NCBI GenBank assembly: GCA_004356105.1
Contig: SMYC01000016.1
Location: 891-64,890 of the forward strand
DNA length: 64,000 nt
Direction: 5' to 3'
Source of the DNA: Acidobacteriota bacterium
GTDB lineage: Bacteria > Acidobacteriota > Vicinamibacteria > Marinacidobacterales > SMYC01
The notes under the pieces: model-generated
The model's input: only the letters and a program-made list of their open reading frames with translations
The model's database searches: none
What the model was told of the DNA's origin: nothing
Program-made: the position numbers and the translations under genes
Shown here: positions 13,384-21,809 of the stretch, one piece after another
Position numbering within the stretch: position 1 is the stretch's first letter
Layout: the number at the start of each line of letters is the position of its first letter

Positions 13384-15627
13384 TTGACTCAGGGTGGTGC
13401 CCAAATCCCGAAGAAGATCGATCGCTACGAGATCATCGAGGTGGTTGGCTTCGGTGCTATGGGAGCGGTGTACAAAGCCTTCGACCCGCTGATCAAGCGG
13501 CCCGTCGCGGTCAAAACGTTGCGCGTCGATGTGGCGCCGCAGAGTCCGGATTACAAAGCTTTTCTCGAACGCTTTCAGACGGAGGCGCGCACCGCGGGCC
13601 GTTTGTCACACCCGAACATCATCACTCTCTACGATGTCGGTCATGCGGACGGCCAGCTTCCCTGGCTCGCGATGGAGTTCATCGATGGTGAGACCGTTGC
13701 CGAGTTGCTCGAAGGTGAAAAGCTCCGCCCCGAGCTCGTCGTTGGTCTCGTCTCCCAGATCGCGAGTGCGCTCGACTATGCCCATGGCGAAGGTGTCATC
13801 CACCGTGACATCAAACCGTCCAATGTTATTGTGTTTGGCGGCGAAAAAGTGAAAGTCGCGGATTTCGGGATCGCGAAGCTCATGGATGCGGAGATGACGA
13901 ATTCCGGCCTCATGCTTGGCACGCCGAGCTACATGTCACCGGAGCAAGCGATGGGAGAGGATCTCGACGGTCGGACCGACATTTTTTCGCTCGGTGTCGT
14001 CGCTTTCGAGATGCTGTCCGGACAGCAACCGTTTCCAGGCAACAACGTTACGTCGATCTTGTACAAGCTCGTACATGCGGATCCCGTCCGTCCGGACGAT
14101 CTAGAAGTGTTGGGTCTTCTGCCCGACAAATGGCACGAAGTGTTCTCGAGAGTGCTCGCGAAAGAGGCAAACGAGCGTTTTGCCACGGCAGCGGAGTTTG
14201 TCGAGAACCTCGAACATTGCCTCGGCTCCTGGTTTGGCGCCCTCGAGGGCGAGACCATCGTCATGAAAGATGTCGGGGCGCGCTTCGACGCCCCCCCCGC
14301 TCGCTCGCTGTCGACGCCGGTTGAGTCGGTTGAGCCCGTTGAGCCCGTTGAGGTTGTCGAGCCAACAGGGGATGCCCTGAGCGATACCGTGGTCCTGTCC
14401 GCCGACGGGGCGCCCGCCGCGCGCGGCCGAGACGCATCACTCGATGGCGCGACGATGACCCTAGAACACGCGCTCGTCGACCTATCGGCGGATACGAATC
14501 GGGAGGCGCGACCGAGCGAGGAAGAAATGGGCGAGGACACGGTGCTCATGGCTCCGCCCGGTGACGTGGAAGCGACTTTGTACACGCAAAACGAGCTGGA
14601 CGAAACAATCCGGGCCTTCGACGCCGCGGACGAAACCGTCATCCAAGCCCCGGCCACCCGGACGGCCATTGCATCGTTGCGTGCTTTGGCGCCCAAGCTG
14701 CGTGCTTTGCCACCCAAGTGGTTGGCTCTCGGAGCGGGGATCTTCGTCGCGATGATTGTCGCTTTGTTCCTCATTTTTTCGGGCGCAGAGCCGAGTCCGG
14801 ATGCCGTAACCGATACTCTGGTCGTCGAATCCGGTACGCTGAGGGTGACGACGGAACCGGAGGGTGCTCTTGTCTTTCTCGACGGTGAGAAGCGCGGCAC
14901 GACGCCCTTCTCGCTCGACGCGCTCCCGCTTGGCGACTACGCGCTGAGAGTCGAACGATCGGGCTACCTTCCGGAAGAGCTGAGCGCTTCGTTGACAGGA
15001 GACTTGCCTCTCGCGAATTTCAAGCTGGTTTTGATACCGGCCCCGGCTTACTTGCTCGTTCGTAGCTCGCCAGCCGGCGCGCGGGTCGTCATCGACGGGC
15101 AGAGGGTTGGGACGACGCCTACAGAAAGGTACGGGGTCGCTCCGGGGAGTCGGGTCGTGCGCATATTACGTACAGGCTATTTGCCGTGGGAGGACACGGT
15201 GTCCGCGCGCTCGGGCGAGACGATAGATATCGACGTGATGTTGACGCGGGACGGTCGCGCTGAGCGTCGCCCCGCCCCGTCAGCAAAGACAAGAGCGACA
15301 CCAGCGCCCGCGGGTGCACCCGTCTCAGGGACGCTCGTCGAGCGCGGCGACCCTGGCGTCGTCGATCCCAAATGTATCGAGTGTCCGGCGGCCCCCTATC
15401 CCGAAGCGGCGCGGCGACGAGGAATGGAAGGCTTGGTCGAGTTGAGCTACGTCATCGACGAGACCGGCGCGGTCCGCGATGTCACGGTTCGAGAGTCGGC
15501 TGGCGAGATTTTCGACGACTCCGTGACCCGGGCAGTCCAAGAATGGCGCTATGAACCGGCGACCAAGAACGGGGCTCCGGTAAGGATGCGCTGGGTTCAG
15601 CGCTTTCGATTTCGACGAGGTAGGTAG
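13384..15627 (+). CDS. Ser/Thr protein kinase with a TM segment, two PEGA domains and a C-terminal TonB_C domain. The start is TTG, with RBS AGGAGA upstream.
   Basis: The kinase shows GFGAMGAVYKA, HRDIKPSNVIV and DFGIAKL. The PEGA domains read LRVTTEPEGALVFLDGEKRGTTPF and LLVRSSPAGARVVIDGQRVGTTP. The C-terminus YPEAARRRGMEGLVELSYVIDETGAVRDVTV...WRYEPATKNGAPV is a TonB C-terminal fold. A putative promoter TTGACA...TAGAGT lies at about 13271-13305. Confidence 0.85.
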   Translation: MTQGGAQIPKKIDRYEIIEVVGFGAMGAVYKAFDPLIKRPVAVKTLRVDVAPQSPDYKAFLERFQTEARTAGRLSHPNIITLYDVGHADGQLPWLAMEFIDGETVAELLEGEKLRPELVVGLVSQIASALDYAHGEGVIHRDIKPSNVIVFGGEKVKVADFGIAKLMDAEMTNSGLMLGTPSYMSPEQAMGEDLDGRTDIFSLGVVAFEMLSGQQPFPGNNVTSILYKLVHADPVRPDDLEVLGLLPDKWHEVFSRVLAKEANERFATAAEFVENLEHCLGSWFGALEGETIVMKDVGARFDAPPARSLSTPVESVEPVEPVEVVEPTGDALSDTVVLSADGAPAARGRDASLDGATMTLEHALVDLSADTNREARPSEEEMGEDTVLMAPPGDVEATLYTQNELDETIRAFDAADETVIQAPATRTAIASLRALAPKLRALPPKWLALGAGIFVAMIVALFLIFSGAEPSPDAVTDTLVVESGTLRVTTEPEGALVFLDGEKRGTTPFSLDALPLGDYALRVERSGYLPEELSASLTGDLPLANFKLVLIPAPAYLLVRSSPAGARVVIDGQRVGTTPTERYGVAPGSRVVRILRTGYLPWEDTVSARSGETIDIDVMLTRDGRAERRPAPSAKTRATPAPAGAPVSGTLVERGDPGVVDPKCIECPAAPYPEAARRRGMEGLVELSYVIDETGAVRDVTVRESAGEIFDDSVTRAVQEWRYEPATKNGAPVRMRWVQRFRFRRGR

Positions 15628-15632
15628 ATACT

Positions 15633-16754
15633 TTGCCCAAGCTCGTCGTCAACCCGAACTCCAGCAACAAGAAAGAGGTCTCGATTGCTTCGCGAGTGAT
15701 CTCGATTGGCCGTGATCCATCAAATGATCTCGTCTTGTCGGACTCGATGGTCTCGCGGCGTCACGCGATTCTAGAGCAGCGCGACGATGTTTTCGTTCTG
15801 CGCGACAACGGCAGCGCTAACGGCACGCTGGTGAACGGCGACAAGCTCGAAAGGGAGCACACGTTGCGAGACGGCGATCTCGTTGCGATCGGCTCGGCTC
15901 GTCTGCTCTTTCAACTCGACAACGCGCACGATTTGGAGCCTGCCGCGTCCGATCCGCCGGTGGCGGACGGCGAGGCCGCTTCCGATATGCGCGACGCCGA
16001 AGCGGACAAGGGTAGCCCGAGCGGGAAGTCGCGCTGCCCTTCCTGTGAGGCGCCATCGCTCAAAAACGATCGTTTTTGCCGGAAGTGCGGCGCGGAGCTA
16101 GTGAGAAAGCAGGTCGCTGTTTGCACCGCTTGCGGTCGCCGCGTGCAGCTCCCCGCGGAGTTTTGCGGTCATTGTGGCCACGAGCTACCCGCTAGCGACA
16201 AGGTGGCGTCGACGCAAGCCAATGCAGCGGATCTCGATCTCAAGAACACCGATCCGGACCGTCCCGATAGGCAACCGGCGCCGCTCGAACGCCGGAAGCC
16301 GGGTATGCGCAAAAGGAAGAACGAAGAGCCTGCTGGATTCGGTGTTCGCCTCGTCGCCGCGGTCGTAGACGGCATGATCTTGGGGATTCCACTCTTTTTG
16401 ACGACCTTGGTTTGGGGGACTTTTGCGTTGAGCGCCACGGGTACCGGGCCTCGCTCGTTACCTTCCTTCAGCTTCCCACTCCTTGCCATCGCGTTTCCGA
16501 TGCTCTGTCTCTTCTATTTCGTTTTCTTCTGGGGGTATCGTGGAGCGACACCCGGCAAGAGCCTCCTTGCTATCGTCGTTGAGTCGGAAGAGGGAGAGAG
16601 CCCAATCGGCTTTCAACGCGCCGCGCTCAGAGCGCTAGGCTACGTCGCGAGCTTGCTCATGATGGGATTGGGGTTCGTCCTAATCGCCTTTTCCGACGAC
16701 AAACGCGGACTCCACGATCGCATCGCCGGCACACGCGTGATAAGGAACCCTTGA
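15633..16754 (+). CDS. FHA domain, double zinc-ribbon and RDD-family membrane domain protein
   Basis: The FHA domain reads ISIGRDPSNDLVLSDSMVSRRHAILE...NGSANGTLVNG. The zinc-ribbon Cys pairs are CPSC...CRKCG...CTACG...CGHCG. The C-terminal RDD domain includes a GYRGATPGK-type motif and hydrophobic segments. It starts 5 nt after the kinase stop. Confidence 0.8.
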   Translation: MPKLVVNPNSSNKKEVSIASRVISIGRDPSNDLVLSDSMVSRRHAILEQRDDVFVLRDNGSANGTLVNGDKLEREHTLRDGDLVAIGSARLLFQLDNAHDLEPAASDPPVADGEAASDMRDAEADKGSPSGKSRCPSCEAPSLKNDRFCRKCGAELVRKQVAVCTACGRRVQLPAEFCGHCGHELPASDKVASTQANAADLDLKNTDPDRPDRQPAPLERRKPGMRKRKNEEPAGFGVRLVAAVVDGMILGIPLFLTTLVWGTFALSATGTGPRSLPSFSFPLLAIAFPMLCLFYFVFFWGYRGATPGKSLLAIVVESEEGESPIGFQRAALRALGYVASLLMMGLGFVLIAFSDDKRGLHDRIAGTRVIRNP

Positions 16755-16784
16755 CGATACCGGACACGGCGTGATGAGGAACCT

Positions 16785-17540
16785 TTGACCACCCCGACCC
16801 GCTTTCCACCGAACGAGCCGAAAACCGAGACTTCGGAGCTCGAAGTCCCGAATACCGAGATGCCGAGAACTGCCCTCGGAGACGAAGCCCAAGGCGAAGC
16901 CGTGGTCCCATCCCAATCCGCCGCTGTTGTCGAGCCTGACCCTGCGCTGTCGCTCGAGTCGAAGTCGGTCGAGAGCCCTCGCGACATGCCGCCTGAAGCG
17001 GGAGAGGATGTACCGCCAAAACCAGGCACGTTTCGCTCTATCGTCGAATTGGTTCACGACTTGGCCATCGCCGTCGTGATCTGCGTGCTGCTGATTACCT
17101 ATGTTGTTCAGGCGTTCAAAGTTCAGGGTACGAGTATGTCCCCGGAGCTTAAAGACGGCGAGCGGATTCTAGTCAACAAATTCATGTACCACTTCAGCGA
17201 TATCGCACGCGGAGATGTTGTCGTCTTTTGGTATCCGGAAGACCCGGAGCTCTCTTTCATCAAGCGGATCATCGCGCTACCTGGTGAAACCGTCGAGATC
17301 AAAAGCGGGGATGTTTTCGTCGATGGAGTTTTGATCCACGAATCCTACGTGACGAGCGCGCATGCCGACCGCAGGTCTCACCCGAGCCAGGAAATTCGCC
17401 CTGGACATTATTTTGTCTTGGGAGACAATCGGCGCGGCAGCAATGACAGTCGAAGCTGGGGCCTGGTGCCCGAGCGCTACATCTACGGTCGAGCTTTCGT
17501 CCGAATCTGGCCACCGAGCGACGTCGGCCTCGTTCAGTAG
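16785..17540 (+). CDS. lepB: Signal peptidase I. The start is uncertain, and the annotated ORF includes a ~100-aa acidic/Pro-rich N-terminal extension.
   Basis: The catalytic box GTSMSPEL, then KRIIALPGETVE, and GDNRRGSNDSRSWGLVP near the C-terminus. Confidence 0.85.
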   Translation: MTTPTRFPPNEPKTETSELEVPNTEMPRTALGDEAQGEAVVPSQSAAVVEPDPALSLESKSVESPRDMPPEAGEDVPPKPGTFRSIVELVHDLAIAVVICVLLITYVVQAFKVQGTSMSPELKDGERILVNKFMYHFSDIARGDVVVFWYPEDPELSFIKRIIALPGETVEIKSGDVFVDGVLIHESYVTSAHADRRSHPSQEIRPGHYFVLGDNRRGSNDSRSWGLVPERYIYGRAFVRIWPPSDVGLVQ

Positions 17541-17545
17541 CTACA

Positions 17546-19549
17546 CTACATACGGTCTGGCACCGGGATTCCCATCAGCTCGAGGGCCGTTTTGTGCTGA
17601 CGATGAAAGAGTTGGACCACTAGAAGCAGCAGCGCGCGCTTCGCTTCGTTCGGCTCGGTGGCGATTTTGAAGCGGTGGTAGAACCCGTTGAACTTTTGCG
17701 CGAGGCCCAAGGCGAAACGTGCCAAATGGGCGGGCTCTTCGGTGCGCAAGACGGTCTCCGTCATCGCCCCGAGCTCCATCGCTTCGTACATGACACTCCA
17801 AATCTCGTCCGCTTCCGCGTCACCGAGGGTCTCGAAACTCTCGGCCAACGTTTCTGGAAAAGTGATGTCCACGGACGAAGTGCTCATCTTCTGAAGTATC
17901 TTGGCGGCACGCACCGCGGCGTATTGCAGATAAGGCCCGCTGTCGCCGTCGAAGCTCAAGGCTTCATCGAAATCGAAGGCTATGACCCTGTTCTTCGTGT
18001 ACTTGACCATGAAGTAGCGAAGCGATCCTCGGGCTATCGCCTTGGCGATGTCGCGTTGCTCGTCTCCGGTCATCTCGGGATTTCTCTTGTCGACCTCGGC
18101 GCGCGCCTTGGTCTCGAGTGCGCCGAGCAGATCGTCGGCTTTCACGCCGCGACCTCGGCGTCCCGACACTTCGAGGTAAGGTTTCTTCGCCTCCTCGGCG
18201 CTCACGGAGAAGCCGAGCTCGCGACAAGTCGCCGGCGTGAGTGCGACCATTTCGTAAGAAAAGTGGTGGGAGCGGTCTCGCGCGCTTTCCGAAGCGAGCA
18301 AGGCGACGCCGCGCTGCACGATGTCTTGAAGGTAGGCTTGCCGGACGTCGATGACGTTGAAGACAGTCTCGCCGTCACCGAAGCTCGGCGCGTCCGAAGC
18401 ACCGCTTGGCGTCGTCGACGCCGTCGTGCCGTCTGACGTCGTCGACGCCGTCGTGCCGTCTGACGTCGTCGACCACACCGTATGCCCGTCGGGGTAGCGG
18501 TGAAAGGCCTCATATTGGAAGTGGCGGTCGAGGAGCCCCAACTTCCACATTTGATAGGCGATGTCCTTTCCCACGTAAGTCACGGTTCCGTTCGAGCGCA
18601 CGATGACTTTTTCGTCTTGCTCGCTCGGCTCCTCGCCTTCGGTGCCCAGGTCCATGATCCAGCAGCCTACGTTTTTGCCTTTCGTCGCGAGCCGGATGGC
18701 TTTTTTTTCTTTGAGGAGCTCGTAAGCGCGTTCCCAGAAATGCAATCGAAGAATATCGCTCTCCCATGGCAGAAGGTCGTAGCGGACGTCGATGCGCTCC
18801 ATCGTCGTGAGGTGGTAGCGAACGATCGTCTCGGCGATCAGCTCGCCGAGGGGTCCTTCCGGGCCAGTGCCTTCTTCGATTGCCTTGAGCGTGTTCTCAC
18901 GAAGCTTTAGACGCTCACGATCCTCCGCGTAGAAGCCGGAGACACGCGCATACAGATCCCAGCAAACGTAGTCGAAACGCCCTTCATTGATGATGGCGCG
19001 TACCTCGTCGAGCGTTTTCTTCTCGATGTGGAGAAAACCAACCACGACGTCCGCGACCTGAACGCCCGTATCGTCAATGTAATTCTGTACTTCGACGTCG
19101 TGACCGCGGTAGCGCAGCACGCGCACGAAGGTGTCGCCGAGCGCCGCGTTTCTTAGATGGCCGATATGGGCGGCTTTATTCGGGTTGATGTTCGTGTGCT
19201 CGACGATCGTCTTTGAGTGCGTTTTTGGCGCGTCATTTTTTCTCGGCGCGAGGAAGTCCTCGACGTAGCTCGCTCTGTCGACGAAAACGTTGAGATAGCC
19301 CGCACCCGCGACGTCGACGCGTGCTACACCTTGGACGCTTTCGAGAGCGGGGGCCAAGGTCTCGGCGATCTTTCGCGGGGCCATTTTCGCGATTCGAGCG
19401 AGATCGAAAGCAACTGGAAAAGCTGCATCTCCCAAGCTCGATTTTGGCGGTCGCTCTTGCACGATGTCGTCGATGGCAACGCCATAATTCTCTTGCACCG
19501 AGTCGCGGAGCGCTCGGCGCAGCCTTTGATGAACTTCTCCTTGGCGCAT
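17546..19549 (-). CDS. argS: Arginine--tRNA ligase. The likely start is M at 19549, and the ORF is open back to 19609.
   Basis: The class I HIGH signature is present in PNKAAHIGHLRNAALGDTFVR. It also has an Add-1 N-domain and the DALR anticodon-binding C-terminus. A T/S-rich insertion encoded by a tandem 27-bp repeat is present (see findings). Confidence 0.9.
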   Translation of the reverse strand: MRQGEVHQRLRRALRDSVQENYGVAIDDIVQERPPKSSLGDAAFPVAFDLARIAKMAPRKIAETLAPALESVQGVARVDVAGAGYLNVFVDRASYVEDFLAPRKNDAPKTHSKTIVEHTNINPNKAAHIGHLRNAALGDTFVRVLRYRGHDVEVQNYIDDTGVQVADVVVGFLHIEKKTLDEVRAIINEGRFDYVCWDLYARVSGFYAEDRERLKLRENTLKAIEEGTGPEGPLGELIAETIVRYHLTTMERIDVRYDLLPWESDILRLHFWERAYELLKEKKAIRLATKGKNVGCWIMDLGTEGEEPSEQDEKVIVRSNGTVTYVGKDIAYQMWKLGLLDRHFQYEAFHRYPDGHTVWSTTSDGTTASTTSDGTTASTTPSGASDAPSFGDGETVFNVIDVRQAYLQDIVQRGVALLASESARDRSHHFSYEMVALTPATCRELGFSVSAEEAKKPYLEVSGRRGRGVKADDLLGALETKARAEVDKRNPEMTGDEQRDIAKAIARGSLRYFMVKYTKNRVIAFDFDEALSFDGDSGPYLQYAAVRAAKILQKMSTSSVDITFPETLAESFETLGDAEADEIWSVMYEAMELGAMTETVLRTEEPAHLARFALGLAQKFNGFYHRFKIATEPNEAKRALLLLVVQLFHRQHKTALELMGIPVPDRM

Positions 19550-19617
19550 CTGCGAATTATACACATCGGCGGAATGGCAGATGCTACGAGCGCCGCGCTG
19601 TTTTATCATGGGCGCGC

Positions 19618-20985
19618 ATGACGAGCTTCTCTGAGTTCAGCACCCATCGACGCACGGCCGCGATCCTTCTCGGTGAAGGCACGTCGGCTGCCTATCTCGC
19701 GGGCGTCATGAGCGCGCTCAAAAATGCCGGCGTGCGTATCGACATAATCCTCGGAAAAGGTGCCGGGGCGCTCGTAGCGGTTTTTAGCGCTATCGACGCC
19801 GAGGAGCGGCTTCATGGAGACGCGGGACTGCTGGCCGGGGCGAGTGTTGAGCGCCCATGGCGCTTGCGCCCCTTGTACAAGTTGACGTTTGCCTGTCTTC
19901 TCGTTGCAATGGCCGTCTTTCTCTCGCCGGTTTTGTTCGGGCTCGCGCTTCCGCTTCAAGCCTTGGGCCACGTTCTGTTTGGGGGGGCGGAGACGGTGCT
20001 CCCAAGGGTCGGCGTGTTATGGCTGCCCGCGCTGTTAGATGCTGCCGAGCCGGTTTATCTTCGCGCGATGGTGCTCCCGCTCGTTGCGCTTTGCGCGATA
20101 TGGGTCGTGTGGTGGCTATCGAGTTTCGCGCGGCAACGTAGTGCACCTTCGCTTCCCGAGCTCTACGACCTCGAGCCGCTCGCGGCACTCGTCGAGACCA
20201 AGCTATGGCAAGCTGTACGGGGTGCTTTGACCAGCGATCGGCCGAAGGAGCGAAGGGATATTGGCGCTGCGTATCAAGAGCTTCTGTCGGGAAGCCTCGG
20301 GCAGCTCGGTTTTCGCGAAATCGTTTTCTACGCTCTCGATACCGATAGCGGTCGCGAGGTCTCTTTTGCGCTCCTGAAGGATCGTTTTTTTAGAAAATTT
20401 TCATCGAACGGCGCGGGGCGAGCGCCGCGCCGGGAGACCATCGATCTCGCCAAAGACGGCGGGCCTCTATTGTTCGATGCTTTGATGGCGGCGTTGAGCC
20501 CGGTTGGGCTCGTGCCGACCGTGCCGATCAAGCTTCCGCTCGACACCACTTTCGGGGGCGAGGTTCACCGCTTCGCCGGGAGCCTCCTCTCCGGCTCGAG
20601 CGCGGTTCAGGACGCTGTGGCGGCGGGCGCCGAACAAATCATCTATGTGGCCGGGTGCGCTCCCAGCGACCGCCCGGGCGGCAATGCGATCGAGCGGCTC
20701 ATGGAGGCGTCGTTGCGGCGAACTTTGAGCGACGATCTCGCCGAAGCGACGAGACAAAACGACCTCCCCGTTTTTCTGATCCGTCCGGACAAGCAGCGAC
20801 TGAACCCGTTTGAAGTGACAGGCCGCGCGCAAATTGGAAACGAGCGGTTCAACTTGAACGCGCTGGTCGCGCATGGACGCCGCGACGCGCTGCGCCTGTT
20901 CGTAGAGCCCGTACTAGGTGACGATGCTTCCGAGCAGGACCGGAGCTCGATGAAAGTGCCGCAAGCGGGGCCCCGCGAGCTGTAG
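19618..20985 (+). CDS. Membrane protein with a degenerate patatin-like N-terminal domain
   Basis: ILLGEGTSAAYLAGVMSALKNAGVRIDIILGKGAGALVA aligns with the patatin Gly-rich loop plus GxSxG, with Ser replaced by Gly. A DGG motif comes later, and several hydrophobic helices lie in between. The assignment is low confidence. Confidence 0.4.
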   Translation: MTSFSEFSTHRRTAAILLGEGTSAAYLAGVMSALKNAGVRIDIILGKGAGALVAVFSAIDAEERLHGDAGLLAGASVERPWRLRPLYKLTFACLLVAMAVFLSPVLFGLALPLQALGHVLFGGAETVLPRVGVLWLPALLDAAEPVYLRAMVLPLVALCAIWVVWWLSSFARQRSAPSLPELYDLEPLAALVETKLWQAVRGALTSDRPKERRDIGAAYQELLSGSLGQLGFREIVFYALDTDSGREVSFALLKDRFFRKFSSNGAGRAPRRETIDLAKDGGPLLFDALMAALSPVGLVPTVPIKLPLDTTFGGEVHRFAGSLLSGSSAVQDAVAAGAEQIIYVAGCAPSDRPGGNAIERLMEASLRRTLSDDLAEATRQNDLPVFLIRPDKQRLNPFEVTGRAQIGNERFNLNALVAHGRRDALRLFVEPVLGDDASEQDRSSMKVPQAGPREL

Positions 20986-21030
20986 CAATAGCGAAAAGCG
21001 TAACGTAGCGACGCGACAGAAGGGGATTGG

Positions 21031-21110
21031 CCACAGAGGCACAGAGAAAAGAGAGAAGCGAAGAGCTAAGTGTTTTCGAGACTCAGTGTCTCTGTGTCTC
21101 TGTGGCCATT
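21031..21110. repeat. Long imperfect inverted repeat (18-nt arms GGCCACAGAGGCACAGAG / CTCTGTGTCTCTGTGGCC, ~44-nt loop). It sits between the patatin-like gene and the next operon.
   Basis: Seen directly in the sequence. It is preceded at 20995-21020 by a degenerate copy of the AAAAGCGTAACG dispersed motif. Confidence 0.6.
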
Positions 21111-21185
21111 TTTGAGGCGCTTCATGCGGACGATTTGGGCGCCAAGGTTCAAAGACGGGGAGGTTCAGGCCTTCAGCGCTGTACA

Positions 21186-21809
21186 ATGGGTTCAGTTATG
21201 TCTAGCGTTCTCGATTTGACCTTTATCGGACTCGCGGGGCTCTTTACGGTGTGGAACGTCTTTTTTCTTGCTCGCTACGCGCGATATCGGCGCCTCATGC
21301 CCACCGCCGAGCTCACGTGGCGGGCCAGCAGGCCATGGTTTTACAACATGTGTATCGGCATCGGGTTTTTTATGGTGAGCATGACGTCGTTGAGCCTCTT
21401 CGTTTTGGATCGGCCGGTCCTCTCGATCGTGGCCCAGGGCCTGATGGCCATCTACTACACGATCGCCTTTCCTCTCTCGTTTCAGATTCAACGTGGTTTC
21501 TACAAGTCGGGCATCTGGTTCGACCGCTCGTTCGTGCCCTATACGAAAGTGCGACGTTTGGCGTGGCGCGAACAACCGGACGTCGTTCTTGTCGTCACGA
21601 AGGAAGCAGATCTGACGGGGCAGGACTACGCGCGACTTCAAGTTCCAAGGGAGCGCTACGGTGAAGCGCGGGGTATTCTGGCGAGCCATATAGATGATCG
21701 GAGTCTCTCGGTCGAAGCGGGCATTCTAGGTCTCGCCGAGGAAACCGCGGGGGGTGCCGAGGAAACTCCGAGGCTCGCCGACAGCGACGCGGCGCAGGAT
21801 CGCGTATGA
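21186..21809 (+). CDS. Hypothetical polytopic membrane protein
   Basis: It has four to five hydrophobic helices and coding-like composition. It overlaps the downstream HMT/MTHFR gene by 4 nt, which suggests co-transcription. Confidence 0.45.
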   Translation: MGSVMSSVLDLTFIGLAGLFTVWNVFFLARYARYRRLMPTAELTWRASRPWFYNMCIGIGFFMVSMTSLSLFVLDRPVLSIVAQGLMAIYYTIAFPLSFQIQRGFYKSGIWFDRSFVPYTKVRRLAWREQPDVVLVVTKEADLTGQDYARLQVPRERYGEARGILASHIDDRSLSVEAGILGLAEETAGGAEETPRLADSDAAQDRV

